Notes: generated from the sequence alone by a model not told the origin. 64,000 nt of DNA from Octopus sinensis (GCF_006345805.1 NC_043001.1:96162001-96226000), one strand, 5' to 3'; positions 25,901 through 40,261 are shown, counted from the stretch's first letter. Made by a program: numbers and translations.

Positions 25901-26075
25901 TTTCAGTTCGAAAACTTTAGCTCTTGTAGAGCTATGGAATGCAACTAGGCTTAGGTTTCTGAATGAAAAATAACTCTGATGCACCCGTACTTATAAGTAT
26001 GACCCACAAACTTGATATCTCACCCTATGTTCTTTAAACGGAGCTCAGCTTGGTTTGACTGCATAAGCTCGAATT
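22990..26075 (-). mobile_element. Decayed L1/Tx1-clade LINE 5' half (ORF1 zinc knuckle, APE, linker), interrupted by a SINE C head at 25262-25401
   Basis: RPRCYNCGSNNHLKA at about 25604-25646; KQGYMPNDLRSLDGDVIATS; ILNERLDCVG; PVWRWKNS..SYLDR; KSLAPDK. Confidence 0.7.
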
Positions 26076-26109
26076 TGTAAATTTAATAATAATAATAATA
26101 ATAATTATG

Positions 26110-26174
<65 letters not shown>

Positions 26175-26177
<3 letters not shown>

Positions 26178-26639
26178 GATGGGCTACAGCAAATATTCTG
26201 CTCAATACCACAGATTTGCTTGTCAGTTGTTTGACCTTAACCAGTTGAGCATGTCCCTTAGTGGCTGACGATATGTGCATCTCTGATCACGAGCAGAAGT
26301 AGTGGGGGAGCATCATAGCCATGTGTTGAGAAGGATTCTTTGGGGTTTGAATAATTCACCATTGGAAACATGGGTGTTTCGTTCAACGTCCTTAAACAAC
26401 CCTTATTCAGGGACCTTTTGAACGGGATGGGTTGCTCGATCTGAAGAAAATTCTAACTGGGCTCCACCTGCAAGGTCATGTGCTGTTTATCTTGATATGA
26501 GATCACCATGTCGCGCACATATGGTTGTGATGCATGTGCCTGGTGTACCTTTATCAGACGGGTAGTCATGATGGGTATACTGGGCTTCGTATATTTTACC
26601 CCAGTGTCACTTTGATGGCATGCTCTGCTCGCTCACTCA
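26175..26639 (+). mobile_element. TAA-embedded non-coding element (probable R4/Dong 3' UTR or derivative)
   Basis: (TAA)n on both flanks; copies at 27112, 57434, 58017, 16331. Confidence 0.75.
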
Positions 26640-26897
26640 ATAATAATAATAATAATAATAACAAAATAACAATAATAATAATGCCTCAAATTTGGAACAA
26701 GGGAATAAGTCAGTTAGATCGACTCCAGGTGTATAACTTGTAATTATTTAATCGACCCCGAAAGAATGAAAGGCAAAGTCGACCTCCGCGGGATTTGAAC
26801 TCAGAACGTAAGGACGAAAGAAAATGTCGCTAAGCATTTAGCCCGGCGTTCTACCGTTCCTGCCAGATTGCTGCCTTTATAATAGTAATAATAATAA

Positions 26898-26961
<64 letters not shown>

Positions 26962-27076
26962 TCAAATTTTATCGACCCCGAAAGATATGGAAGGCAAAGT
27001 CGACCTTGGTGGAATTTGAACAAAATGCCGCTAAGCATATTGCCCGGCCTGATAACGTTCCTGCCAGCACGTCGCC

Positions 27077-27114
<38 letters not shown>

Positions 27115-27834
27115 GATGGGCTACAGCAAATATTCTGCTCAATACCACAGATTTGCTTGTCAGTTGTTTGACCTTAACCAGTTGAGCATGTCCCTTAGTG
27201 GCTGACGATATGTGCATCTCTGATCACGAGCAGAAGTAGTGGGGGAGCATCATAGCCATGTGTTGAGAAGGATTCTTTGGGGTTTGAATAATTCACCATT
27301 GGAAACATGGGTGTTTCGTTCAACGTCCTTAAACAACCCTTATTCAGGGACCTTTTGAACGGGATGGGTTGCTCGATCTGAAGAAAATTCTAACTGGGCT
27401 CCACCTGCAAGGTCATGTGCTGTTTATCTTGATATGAGATCACCATGTCGCGCACATATGGTTGTGATGCATGTGCCTGGTGTACCTTTATCAGACGGGT
27501 AGTCATGATGGGTATACTGGGCTTCGTATATTTTACCCCAGTGTCACTTTGATGGCATGCTCTGCTCGCTCACTCAATAATAATAATAATAATAATAACA
27601 AAATAACAATAATAATAATGCCTCAAATTTGGAACAAGGGAATAAGTCAGTTAGATCGACTCCAGGTGTATAACTTGTAATTATTTAATCGACCCCGAAA
27701 GAATGAAAGGCAAAGTCGACCTCCGCGGGATTTGAACTCAGAACGTAAGGACGAAAGAAAATGTCGCTAAGCATTTAGCCCGGCGTTCTACCGTTCCTGC
27801 CAGATTGCTGCCTTTATAATAGTAATAATAATAA

Positions 27835-27899
<65 letters not shown>

Positions 27900-28014
27900 T
27901 CAAATTTTATCGACCCCGAAAGATATGGAAGGCAAAGTCGACCTTGGTGGAATTTGAACAAAATGCCGCTAAGCATATTGCCCGGCCTGATAACGTTCCT
28001 GCCAGCACGTCGCC

Positions 28015-28049
<35 letters not shown>
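26175..28049 (+). repeat. Two-unit tandem duplication, 937 bp period
   Basis: Identical ORFs at 26534 and 27471; units appear identical except within the (ATT)n tract. Confidence 0.93.
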
Positions 28050-28056
<7 letters not shown>

Positions 28057-28879
28057 GTTAATAATAATAATGATAATACTTTATCTGTCTGCAATCTGTA
28101 AGAAATTTTGAATAAACCATACATAATGGACATTCAGGTTTATGAGAGTGAGATATTTATTGTGTCTTTGTATTTTAATATAACACGTCCGATATACTTT
28201 TCTTTCATGTAATCTGCATTTTTGTTCCCCTGGAACGTTATGCTTCTGTAATGATTCGTTTTTCTTTCGGTGATTTATGTACAACAACAATAACAGCTAA
28301 CGCCAGGCTATATTAACGATTTCTACAATCGATACAATAGCACACGTTTTTGAGGAGTTATATAGTTAAATTCACTAGTACCTATTATTACTACGTCTCC
28401 AGTAGCGATGTATTGAGATGGTTTGTTGTTGTTGCTATTTTATCGTTATATTTTTACATTAACATTAGAAATATTTTCCCTGTTCCATAGAATGTGTTAT
28501 CATTTTCAATTCTTTAACTAAAATATTTCTCGCCTGCACTTTTATTCATATATTCAAATGCACATTTATTGCTACTTTCGTTTGTTCGAGTATTCTTTGC
28601 CAGTTTTCGTATTTTGTATGCATATGCAAGTTTAATTTTGTTGCTCTGTTATTTATGCCGCGTGTTTTGTATATATTATGTTAAATTTGTTTTTTTTTCT
28701 CTCTCTTTATTTGGAACCGATAGAGGATTTTGCTATAGACCAACGAATAGATTCCAAAATAAAACTACCATAAATTATCTACAATAATATGGAAAAATCT
28801 GGCCACTTTGCATTCCTACGTAAAGTAAAGGCAGTTAATTTTCAGACTTCATATATTGAGATCGAAAGATATAAGGTAT

Positions 28880-29640
28880 ACAAAATTGTGCTGCTTGGTA
28901 ACATACATAATCCTCTTCAAGCAAGCCATAATTAACTTCTTCAAGGACCATTTAGTGTTACAGCAATCACTCCCTATTCAGTTCCTGGACGTCGTATGAT
29001 AGAATCCACCATGAGTCGAAATGGTATAATCATATGATGGTACCTCGGACCAGAGAGAAGAGTTAGGGGTGGGCAATTTCTTATGATAAGGAAGGTAATC
29101 CTAACATCTGTGCGTCACACTGACTGCACTAACTTGTCTGGATTTCTGGTACAAACTCACTCGACAAGGACTGGTCTCTCTGTTTCTGTTTTCTCACCGT
29201 CGTTAATCTTTCCCGATTTACATTGGTGAAATATCTCCAAACATATATACACTCGTATGTGTTAGTATACGTAAGCATGTATATATCTATACTTGCTTGG
29301 CGAGGAGGGTGGTTATTGAACACCCTGCGGGATGAAAAACAAAACCCGTCAAAGGGCGGAGGAACTCTTGAGAGTCAACGGCCATCCAATAAATGTCTTA
29401 AGGATGTATCATGCCCGGGGACATAGAAGTAATCGCACTGAATACCCGATCGCGCGGTTAAACCATTGGGAGTGAAGGACTCCTAGCCTTTGTTAGGGCA
29501 CCCTTCTAGGAGAAGGTAACTCAGGTAACTGGGATAACTCCGACGTAAAACCTGCGGCTCAGTGGTTACCGATGATGTTGACTTGTTCTTCTTTTCGAAT
29601 TATGGCTGCTATTGCTTAGTGAGTGGGATTGACTCAGTGT
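28880..29640 (-). mobile_element. Probable RTE-clade LINE 5' UTR and start of APE, decayed
   Basis: UTR motif CCTAACAAAGGCTAGGAGTCC and weak peptide RRPGTE*GVIAVTLN; recognition from memory. Confidence 0.4.
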
Positions 29641-30985
29641 ACAGCCTTTCCTCACTTTAAAAAAATATTCTTGCACAGGCATTGCACGATAACAACATTG
29701 ATTAAGCTTCGTGCAATGGCCATACTCGATAACGAGGGGGCAGTCACCATATATCTATATATTTATACGTGTGTGTGTGTGTGTGTGTGTGTGAGCGCGT
29801 GTGTGTGTGTACTAATATAACTGCCAAATAGTAGAAGCTTTTTTTTAATTTGGTTGGAACCAATGTTGAACGTTACTTGCAGAACATTTCCATACAATGT
29901 TTTTGTTCGTCAGACCGTCATATCGAAATAAACTTCAAATCAAAGAAAGGAGATACCAGAGAAAAACAGAGGTCTCGTTTTTATGCTGCAGTGTTGCAAG
30001 CATTAGATGTATTGCAGTGACAGCTTCTTATAGCTACGACAAATTATGACACTTGGAGATCTAGGAGGAATAATCCGTTTCAGAAACTTTTCTTGGAATT
30101 CAGGATTTTTGCATGGTCAATGCTGAGTCGGAGGAAAACCACATGTGGAAATTTGTCGTTAAGCTGTGTTTTATGCTCTGAGACTGTTTGCTATCCATAG
30201 AACAGAAAGAAATTCTTCTTATGTAACCTGAAAGAAAAACAAAATGTAAGATATGACACGAAGAATAAATCCTTAAAAAATGACAGTGGAAACTGTATAA
30301 AGTGCAGGAATGAATAAAGCATAACTATAAGCATATTATCAGGATAAGATTTTTGCCCTTATAATGCACGGATATAATACATTGTAGTATGGTTCTGTTT
30401 TGCAAAGATAATTTAGCGCTCTTAGTAGTATACGTGTATGATGATGGATTCTCGGGATACTATTTAGGTTATTCTGCAGGTGAATGTAGATATCAGAATG
30501 GTTTTGAAAGCGAGATGGTCATTAAGTAGTCAAAAATAATTAAAATATAGTCGGAAATGAGAAATATAATTCTAGGTTCAAAACTCCAAAAGCATTAGGT
30601 TAGGTTGAAAAGCATACAAGTCAAAACTATGGCTATACCCCCAGGCACAAAGTGCTGATAGAAAATACCAACAATACTGGTGACACTAATGATGGGACAA
30701 TCGGCGATATTAACTATGAATAATCGTCCAGTTCTGTTACTCTCAATGAAGAGCACAAATCAAGTCAATAACAATAACACTTCTTCGAAGATAACAATTA
30801 AATTTCTTTTGCATGTCTCCTAACACCAATGGCAGTTATAGGCCAAACACTACAATATCCTGTTCTTTGCGGAATCTGTAAAAATTATTTAACAAGTCTT
30901 TCAGGAGAAACAGAGAATCTTGAAAGAGGCAGAAACTTCGTCTGAACAGAGAATATGGGAGCTGTATTGCGAGTGCCTTCTCAGC

Positions 30986-31207
30986 TTGACCTTTTAGCAT
31001 TCAGACTCTATTGCCATGTGTACAGATTATTTATTCACATTGTTTTATATTACGCATGCATTCTCTCGTAGCTCTGAGGTTTGGATGATGTGATTGTACA
31101 TTTTTAGAATGATATTCAAGGGTAGGTGTAAGCTCTGGCCAGTTTAATACATAAAACAAGTAGGATATTTAGGCCAAATATGGCCAGTTTGAACGCTTAA
31201 GGATCAA
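30986..31207. mobile_element. Degenerate piggyBac-type MITE
   Basis: Ends TTGA-CCTTTTAGCATT and AACGCTTAAGGA-TCAA approximate a TTAA TSD plus short TIR. Confidence 0.45.
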
Positions 31208-31679
31208 TCGTCTAGACAGGAAGGCGAAAGGACTACATTAGGTTTTAGCTTCTGATACCAATTTATATCAATTTTTTTTTCTTTTCATTGGTATATAATG
31301 TGAATATATTTCGACAGAGTTCGAATCACGGGGAAGTAAAATTGGACTTTCATACTTTCGGGGTCGATAAATTAGAGTTCCAACCAATTGTTTAGACCGA
31401 TGTAATCAAATTACCGCACCACATAAAATTCCTGATCATGGGACAAAATTAGAAAGAACTAGTTGAAGGACAGTGAAAAGGAGGAATTGTCACAGAGTGC
31501 CGGACTAAACTCCTAACGCATACGTTGGCTTTTCACATTCTGGTTTCAAATACCTGCGAGGTCGACTTGCCTTTCATTCTTTCAGAGTCGATAAAACAAA
31601 GCATTACTTGAGCATTTGGATCGATGTAACAGACTACACCCTCCCACAAAATTTCAAGCCTTGAGCCAATAGAATTCAT

Positions 31680-31815
<136 letters not shown>

Positions 31816-33207
31816 TCTTTATTATTAACAATGTTGCTTCTGCTGTTTTTTATAAATATATTTATAAATAAGGTGAAACAATATATAAATAAAAACACAT
31901 ATTAAGAAATTTATTGTTTTCCTATGCACAAGAATATATTTATTAAAAAATGGTTTGCATCATCGATTACAGCCATTCTCTTTTGAAACGATTTTGCTTC
32001 ACTTGCATCATTGATCCACTTTGAAAAATAAAACGTTCACTTCTCAACTTCAAGTTTCTATTTCGAAAATAAAAAAATTCTTGGAATTTTATAGGAATTT
32101 CAAACTATTTTTGCATTGTGAAACGAAAATTGTTATTTCTTGTGCTCAGCAATACGACGACCCATTTTTTTCATAGTTTTTCCTGATCATATTTTACTTG
32201 ATTATATATTCACTGATTCCCAAAAGAAAATTTCTGTTTTCACAGAAACTTTCTATCTCTTCGTGTAGTTTTTCATCGGAACAATTTAATCGTAATTATG
32301 GTACTGTTACAACTCGAATGCAATGGTTGTTAGATTAAACGTGTAACTCACAAATGTCTATAATAATTACCACCATAAACTAAAACACGGTTTGTACGGG
32401 GAATTTAAACAGTGAAAAGTAAATAAAAGCAACATTTAAGTAATATCGAATCTTCTAATGTTTCTTCGTTTTATTAGATTAAATTTTGTCTGAATCATAG
32501 ACCTAATTAGTTACATTAGTTTCAGCTTACTAACTGTTTCTCAGCTGGTTCACTTTTTAATCCAATAAATAATATGATTTGCTCTTATAGACAATTAAAT
32601 AAATAAATTAAATAAATACATACATATACATAAATACATACATATAATGTATTTCTAAATATACACATACACACACAATGTAGACACGGACATCTACACG
32701 TGTGTGTATGTAGACAAACACATACACACATATACAAACACACAAACACACACACTCATACATACACACTCGCACTAACACACAAGGATCAAATTAGGGT
32801 TCCAATCAGAAGTGAGTCTTTATATCCAACATCTTAATCATGGGGAGAAATAGTCAAGTGGAGCAAGAGGTTTTGCTATAAGAAGCGCACGGGTCGAGCA
32901 AATTATAAGAAAACTAGAAGACGGACAAGCCAAAAGAGGTGGAAAATACATCTACAAGTTATGATGTATAATATTTGATATATCTTTATTTGTCCATTTT
33001 ACTCAAATACTTGCCATTAACAACTTGGCATATTTTTCTTAGCATATTTTTGTTTAAATTACGCAAATTACGTAGGCTAAAAATATTTTGTTCACATTCT
33101 TATAAATCTAAGTCCCGTGGCTCCTGGAGATGAGGCTGAACAGTTGTGCTGGCGATACATATTCAAGCCAAAGCGTTTAGCTGTTGCTGTCCACTTCTCT
33201 CCGAGCA

Positions 33208-33577
33208 TTGTTTCAGTCATGTGACTGTGGCCATGCTGGAGCGCCGCCTTTAGTCGAACAAATCGAACCCAGGACTTATTCTATCGGTCCCTTTTGCCGA
33301 ACCGCTAAGTTACGGGGACCTAAACACACCAGCATCGGTTGTCAAGCGATGTTGGGGGGACAAAGACAGACACACAAACATATACACACACATGCATATA
33401 TATGCATATATACGACGGGCTTCTTTCAGTTTCCGTCTGCCAAATCCACTCACAAGATTTTGGTCGGCCCGAGGCTATGATAGAAGACACTTGCCCAAGA
33501 TGCTACGCAGTGGGACTGAACGCGGAACCATGTGGTTCGTAAGCAAGCTACTTACAACAGAGCCACTCCTACGCCTA
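33208..33577 (-). mobile_element. SINE family B
   Basis: Reverse complement of the 1722-2124 consensus. Confidence 0.85.
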
Positions 33578-34351
33578 TATTCACAAACACATAAAGACGC
33601 TTACATATTGTTTCATTCATGTAGATATATATTCGTTAATATTTCCTATATAATTGTATATATTTATGCACATGTACAGCATTATTCTACATATGCTTGT
33701 ATGTCGCAGAATGGCAGTAAACATATAATAATCCGTGTCCATATATAATTTTCATGTGATATGTCTATATATTTCTATATAGCTGCCTATATACTTCTGG
33801 ATGAGAACATCGCAAAGACAGAGGGAGAGACAGGTAGAGAGAGGGGTACATTACCAGACCGGACACACATTCACACGATGTCCCATGCAACTGATTTGCA
33901 TTATATATCATTTCAAAAGAGAGCGAGGGAGAAGCATGCTTGAGAGGTATAAATATACAGTGAGAGAGAGTGTGTGTAAAAGTGTGTGTGTGTGTATGCG
34001 TGTGTGTGTGTGTGTTTGTGTGTGTTACATATATATAGAGAGGAAAGACATAAAAGACAATTAGAAGCAAAGAGATTGATGTAGACTAGTCAGACGGCTT
34101 CTAAATATATTCAATGCACGCGATCTAGAAATTGGGTCATTTCTAGCAGCAACTTATATTTTTCTGGTACTAATAATCCGTTTTTCTCAAAGACACACCG
34201 TTTCGTAGCCTTTCGATGAAACACACACATACATACACGCAGATACTCCCAATTATACATATAAATATGTGTGCTTGTGTGTATAGGTGTATAGGTGTGT
34301 GTGTGTAAAGGTGTACATGTGTGTGTATATAGATGGATAGATAAATAGGTA

Positions 34352-34534
34352 TTCTTTTATTTATTTCAGTCATGCTGGAGCACCGCCTTTAGTCAAACAA
34401 ATCGACCCCAAGACTTATTCTTTGTAAGACTAGTACTTATTCTATTGTTCTCTTCCGCCAAACCGCTAAGTTACGGGAACGTGCTCACACTAACATCGGT
34501 TGTCAAGCGATGATGGGGAACAAACACAGACACT

Positions 34535-34584
<50 letters not shown>

Positions 34585-34741
34585 CGACGGGCTTCTTTCA
34601 GTTTCCATCTACCAAATTCACTCCCAAGGTTTTGGTTAGCCCGAGGCTATAGTAGAAAACACTTGCCCAAGGTGCCATGCAGTGGGACCGAACCCGGAAC
34701 TATGTGGTTGGTAAGGAAGCTACTTACCAGATAGCCACTCC
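34352..34741 (-). mobile_element. SINE family B
   Basis: Same consensus with internal (CA)n(TA)n. Confidence 0.85.
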
Positions 34742-36019
34742 CGATAAATGTTGACAGAAATGCATCGAGAATATTTTAAAATACTCTTTACCGATAATAC
34801 TAGAATAAATAATAATTCTTCCCCTATAACTGGTTTTCTTTGCCTATTTATAAACACGTGCATTGCTGTCTATTTTTATACGTTTCTGCTAATCTGTCTA
34901 GGTGAATTATATAAAATATCTATATTTATATGGTCTTATTTGTACATTTATTTCAGTATGTAAGTTTTGATTTATTTTCTTCTAATATATAATATATTTG
35001 AATTTGACAAAATGCTATTATTCAGAAGTTTATTTCAGCTCTTTAAAAGAATTTGCATGGAAATAGTTTCGTTATATTTAAGTATAATTTATTGCTGATT
35101 TTGACAAAATAGCCAAGATGCTGGATTGGTAAAATCGTTATAAATCAGGAAAAACTGAAGTGAGAAATTTTATCTGGCTCTTTCCAAATCGTTTCCGGAT
35201 CGTCTATGCTTTTCAGCCGCGCGGTTTTGATAGAAACAAAGTACCAGTGAAGAACTGGGTTGGATGGTACCAGCTACCAAATTCTCATCAAACTTACTGG
35301 TCATGCGCCAATATTTGAAACTACTGTTATCATGGTAGCCAAGGTGCTGGATTGCAGGAATCGTTAGAGAGTCGACAAAATGCTTGGTGATGTTTTTTCC
35401 AGGCTTTCTGAGTTCAAATTCTGCCGGGTTGAACCTTTCCTCTTATTATTTGTGATATATAAAATAAAGTATCACTCGGGTGCTGAAGCCGTAGTCTTGT
35501 ACGTACGTTAGCAAAATTACTTTTAACGTAGACAAGAAGATAAATTTTCAGAATTGTTTGACACCGAAAACAGTTTCGATATTTCTTAAAGCTCTAAGGC
35601 GGTGACCTGGCAAAATCTTTATCCCGCTGAGCACGTAATAGGTTTGGTAGCATTACGTCCATCTTACTGTTCTGTCGGAAAATAGTAAATGTGCTTTCTC
35701 TGGCTAAAGAGGTCTTTCACACTTATTTCTAGTAATGCTGGTGCTTCGTCTACCGTTAGTCACTGTTAGGGTGAATTATTTCCTTCTTGGTTTTGAATTA
35801 CGTCTAGCCACCTTAAATTCAGCAACAACTGGTAGAGTCACTCCTAAATTCCGGCATAATAGCTGATTTACTGAAAGGATAGTATCTCTTCACCTCTCTC
35901 TCACTCACCACTCTCACAGCAACTGCCACAATTATCATTATCATCATCATCATCACCGCCACCACCATCGTCTGATACCACTTCAAATATTAATAATAAA
36001 CCACTTCTTTCTTCACCTA

Positions 36020-37078
36020 CGTCACCACTTCAATCCTACTGTAGTTTGGGACAAGACCCTCCAGGATTTTCCAGATGTATATCACTGCATATCTCTTCCG
36101 CCTTCGCTCTAGGGAGAAGAGTTTTAATACTTTCAGTCTTTTCCAGTAGCTGATATGTTGCATTGAATCGATCTCCTTAGTGTAGCTTTTTTGAATTGTT
36201 TCGAGTTCTGCTGTTAGCTTTATATTGTGTGGTGACCATAGTTGGGAGCAGTAGTCCAAGCGGCTGAGGACGAAAGTTTTCCAAAGGACCATCAGTGTCA
36301 CCTTCTCTCTAGTTCTGAAAGTTCGGAGAATCCATCCAGCTAGCCGTCTGCATTTTATCACCAAATTAGTAATATGCACTTGGAAAGAGTCATCATTGCT
36401 CATGTTAATGCACTGATTTTGACTCAGGAATTACAATTCTTCACGGGCCAGTGTATCCAGTCTACATGTCGTTTACCTTTGTGTGTCGGTAGCGCAGGGT
36501 CTGGAACTTCCCTGCATTAAACTGCATGTTGTTGTCCTCAGCCCACTTGTATATTGTATCCAACTCATGTTGCAGATGTGCAATATTTCTAGGGTTTTGT
36601 ATCGTGTGGGAGACTTTTGTGTCATCTGCATGGCTATCAAGGGTGGCCATCTTAGCAACTGAGGGCATGTCTGAAAGGGCCACTATGAACAGCAGGGGCC
36701 CCAAGACAGTGCCCTGTGGAACACCGCTTGTTATTTGTGTTTCCTTGGCCACAACTGCCTGCCTTCTATCTTTTCGGAAGTTGTGCAACCACTCTCCAAC
36801 TTTTCCGCCTATGCCGAGACCACGCAGTTTCTGACAGATCATACCATGGTCGACTTTATCAAAGGCTTTTGCAAAGTCGAGTTATATCACATCTACATTT
36901 GAGCCACTTAGTAGCTGTTTTAACACCCAGTCATAGTGTTGCAGGAGCTGTGTTAGGCAGCTTCTACCTGGTCGAAATCCATGCTGGGTGTCAGTCAGCA
37001 AGTCATTTTCTTCAAGGAACATGATTAGTTTCTTGCGGACTATTCGTTCCATGACTTTGCTGATGTGTGAGGTCACAC
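36020..37078 (-). mobile_element. CR1-clade LINE reverse transcriptase fragment (pseudogenised)
   Basis: TSHISKVMERI..QHGFRPGRSCLTQL..DFAKAFDKVDH..SGVPQGTVLGPLLF..HADDTK..LSRLDYCSQLWSP..LERRR; frameshifts; 5' end abuts (TA)n. Confidence 0.92.
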
Positions 37079-37107
37079 GTATATTCATATATGTATATAT
37101 GAATGTA

Positions 37108-37177
<70 letters not shown>

Positions 37178-37188
37178 ATTCTTGAAAT

Positions 37189-37245
37189 ATCATGCTGATG
37201 AAGGAAAAGAATTTCAAAATTCTAATCCCGAAACACGTACATGAT
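37189..37245 (+). ncRNA. Type I hammerhead ribozyme, canonical core
   Basis: ATCATG-CTGATGA-a-GGAAAAGAATT-tcaa-AATTCTAATCCC-GAAAC-AC-GTA-CATGAT; 6 bp stem I; GUA cleavage site. Confidence 0.8.
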
Positions 37246-37455
37246 TAATCATAAGACTGGTTGTTTTCGTTATTTTTTCTCCTTTTTACCTATGTGAGTT
37301 ACGAGTATTGCAGTCTGTGGAGTTATATTGTAGTTAAAAGAATTAGCGGTGTTTGACTGCTATTTCAAAATTTTCGGTATGTGGTGAAGCAACTTTTTGC
37401 TTAAACTTTAATGATATTCATATACATATATATACGCATGTATGTATATATACAT

Positions 37456-37548
<93 letters not shown>

Positions 37549-38284
37549 TACAAAATTTATGTAATCCCTATTCTTTGACATTCATTGATTCATATTCAAT
37601 GCGAAATCTCTTAACGCTGTAATCAAGCACTTATGAATATTGAGTTGTAACATGTCCTTAATATCACTAGTCTTAAGCGAAACCATAATATATGTATTTG
37701 TGAGTGCATGTGTGTATGTGTGGGGAGAGAGATAAGTATATCAAAATATACTTCAATGCCCTCTCATGAGGATTTCATCAGCCGTACCTTATTTGATTGT
37801 ATTAAGTTAAATCAATAATCATAGAACAGAATTTATCTTCATTTCCTTTAAAACAGGGCAAATATTTCAAATTCCTTCTGAGGAAATACGTTATAGGCAT
37901 GCATCAAAGATTATATTGTAATGTTAAAGAGAATAATACTAAGATAATGCATTCACAGAAACAGAGACCGAATCATACCAACTCGACGATATTATAAATG
38001 ACAAACGGCGCAACAGTGAAGCAAGAGGGAAATCTTCTGTCGATGCAATCCTCCGAAGATGAACCTAACATAAATGTAGAATATGGAGGAAGGAGATATC
38101 AAGGTAGTTGTAAAATAATGGGTATAATCATGATAATAAGACTCATATTAAATTAAAGTCTTCTCTGGAAAATATTAAACGAGCGGCATCCCAACGTATG
38201 TATTTTTGACAGTATTATATTCACTTAAAAAAATTCCGAGCAAAATACTGAAAAAAGCGCTGATGTACTTCAACAGTAAATAAG

Positions 38285-38677
38285 ATAGGCGCACGAGTGG
38301 CTGTGTGGTAAGTAGCTTGCTTACCAACCACATGGTTCCGAGTTCAGACCCACTGCGTGGCATCTTGGTCAAGTGTCTTCTACTATAGCCTCGGGCTGAC
38401 CAAAGCCTAGTGAGTGGATTAGTAGACGGAAACCGAAAGAAGCTCGTCGTATATATGTATATATATGCATGTGTGTGTTTGTGTGTCTGTGTTTGTACTC
38501 CCAATATCGCTTGACAACCGATGCTGGTATGTTTACGTCCCTGTAACTTAGCGGTTTGGCAAAAGAGACCGATAGATAAATACTAGGCTTACAAAGAATA
38601 AGTCCTGGGGTCGATTTGCTCAACTAAAGGTGGTGCTCCAGCATGACCGCATTCAAATGACTGAAACAAGTAAAAGA
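38285..38677 (+). mobile_element. SINE family B
   Basis: Full head, microsatellite and tail. Confidence 0.85.
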
Positions 38678-40216
38678 CGCATTCAGGGTACTTTTGCTCC
38701 TGCCAAATTGAATTAAAGAGTGATAATAATTCCTGGTTAATATTTTCATATTAAATTAGTTAATCTATAGTATTATGATATCTTCTCAAAGTGACTTTCG
38801 CTTGTTTTCATTTCATTTTCATTTTTGCTTTTTATATCATCATCATTTAGATCGAAGTGTAGAATTATTCCACTGTGGAGTAGAATTCTATATTAGCATT
38901 GACATTTGGGGGAGTACTTTAAGATAGACACTTGACAAATGAGTGAATTTAGAGGCAGAATGCAGGCTTTTGCAAGCATTCAAGCGAGATGTAACTTCCT
39001 CATCAGCCTCAGAGTCCTCACTCTTCCTCTACAAAGAAAACTGTAAAATATGAAGTATATCGGCAATGTCTCGAAATAAATTGTTTATGAGCCGTTACGC
39101 TATAAATAGGATAGGTCTATGCTAATGAGGATGAATAAATTATAATCTTAATAATTAAAATAATGATAACAAAGATGAATATGTTTACAGCCGTGAATTT
39201 ATCTCTGCCATGGAAGCAAATAGCATGATGCGAGAACAGCGTAATGTATGCTTTCACGACCACAAACATCACAACCACTCCAAACACAATTGCTAATGGC
39301 ATCCGCTGAAGCAGCCACATTAGTATTATAAGAAGTGTTTTACTTACAGAAGCAGCAGGGGCTGCAACAGCCAAAATCTCTATCCTTAGTATTACTATTA
39401 GCTGTAAGAATAGCAACCACAATAACAGATCGATAAACTTCAATATAATATAATGGCTAACGAACTTCAAAGTCAGGAGTAGTCTATATATCTATTGTAT
39501 AATGCATATATATAAAAGACAAAAGGAATTGTAATGTAATCATAAAACCGTATAAAAAAAAAATCACCAACAAAACCAGAAGCTAAAAACAAAAACAAGA
39601 ATAATCACGAAAACAAAATACAAAAACAATATTCCTATAATATTGCAAAAGGCTACCTTAGATGAAACGCATCGTATTTTTATGCATTTGACGAGTGGCA
39701 ATCATAATGATATATGTTCAAATGTATTAACAGAAAAGGTTATATAAAATAGCACGAGTTTTATTACACATAAATACTTCCATATCAATGCACTTTGATA
39801 TATTTTTATTTCAAATCAACTCAGGGCTTCCCACTTTAGCCAGAATTTATATGATTCTTTGATATATCACGAACAATTCTAATTTTCCATATAACATAGA
39901 TATTATATGAAGATAAACCTACGTATATCTCTCATATAAAAGTCTCCATTATATGTCAGGTTATAAAAGAATTCTTCCTTTTTCTTTTTTTTTTTTTTAC
40001 TTTTTCTCTCTCTCTCTCACTTTCTCCCCCCTTCAATTATTCATTCATTTATTTAGTTTGGAAAAACCCTGTAACTCTTTCGTTTCGTTTGGTGGGTTTT
40101 ATTTAGCTGTGTACGTCGAATATGTGGCTTCAGCCTACAGATCAATAACTCTGGTTATAATGAGTTGCTGTAAATTCATTTGATAATCAAGGGATACCAA
40201 ATTATACACACAACAT

Positions 40217-40254
<38 letters not shown>

Positions 40255-40261
40255 TATATAT

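Noticed and set aside
33121-33180. GATGAGGCTGAA..TTCAAGCCAAAGCGTT HHR-like pattern
   Set aside because: Both core strands are mutated; indistinguishable from chance by eye
39117-39470. 117 aa hydrophobic ORF resembling transporter helices
   Set aside because: The opposite strand is degenerate AAC/AGC/AAT triplet sequence, which yields stop-free hydrophobic frames; the similarity is not convincing
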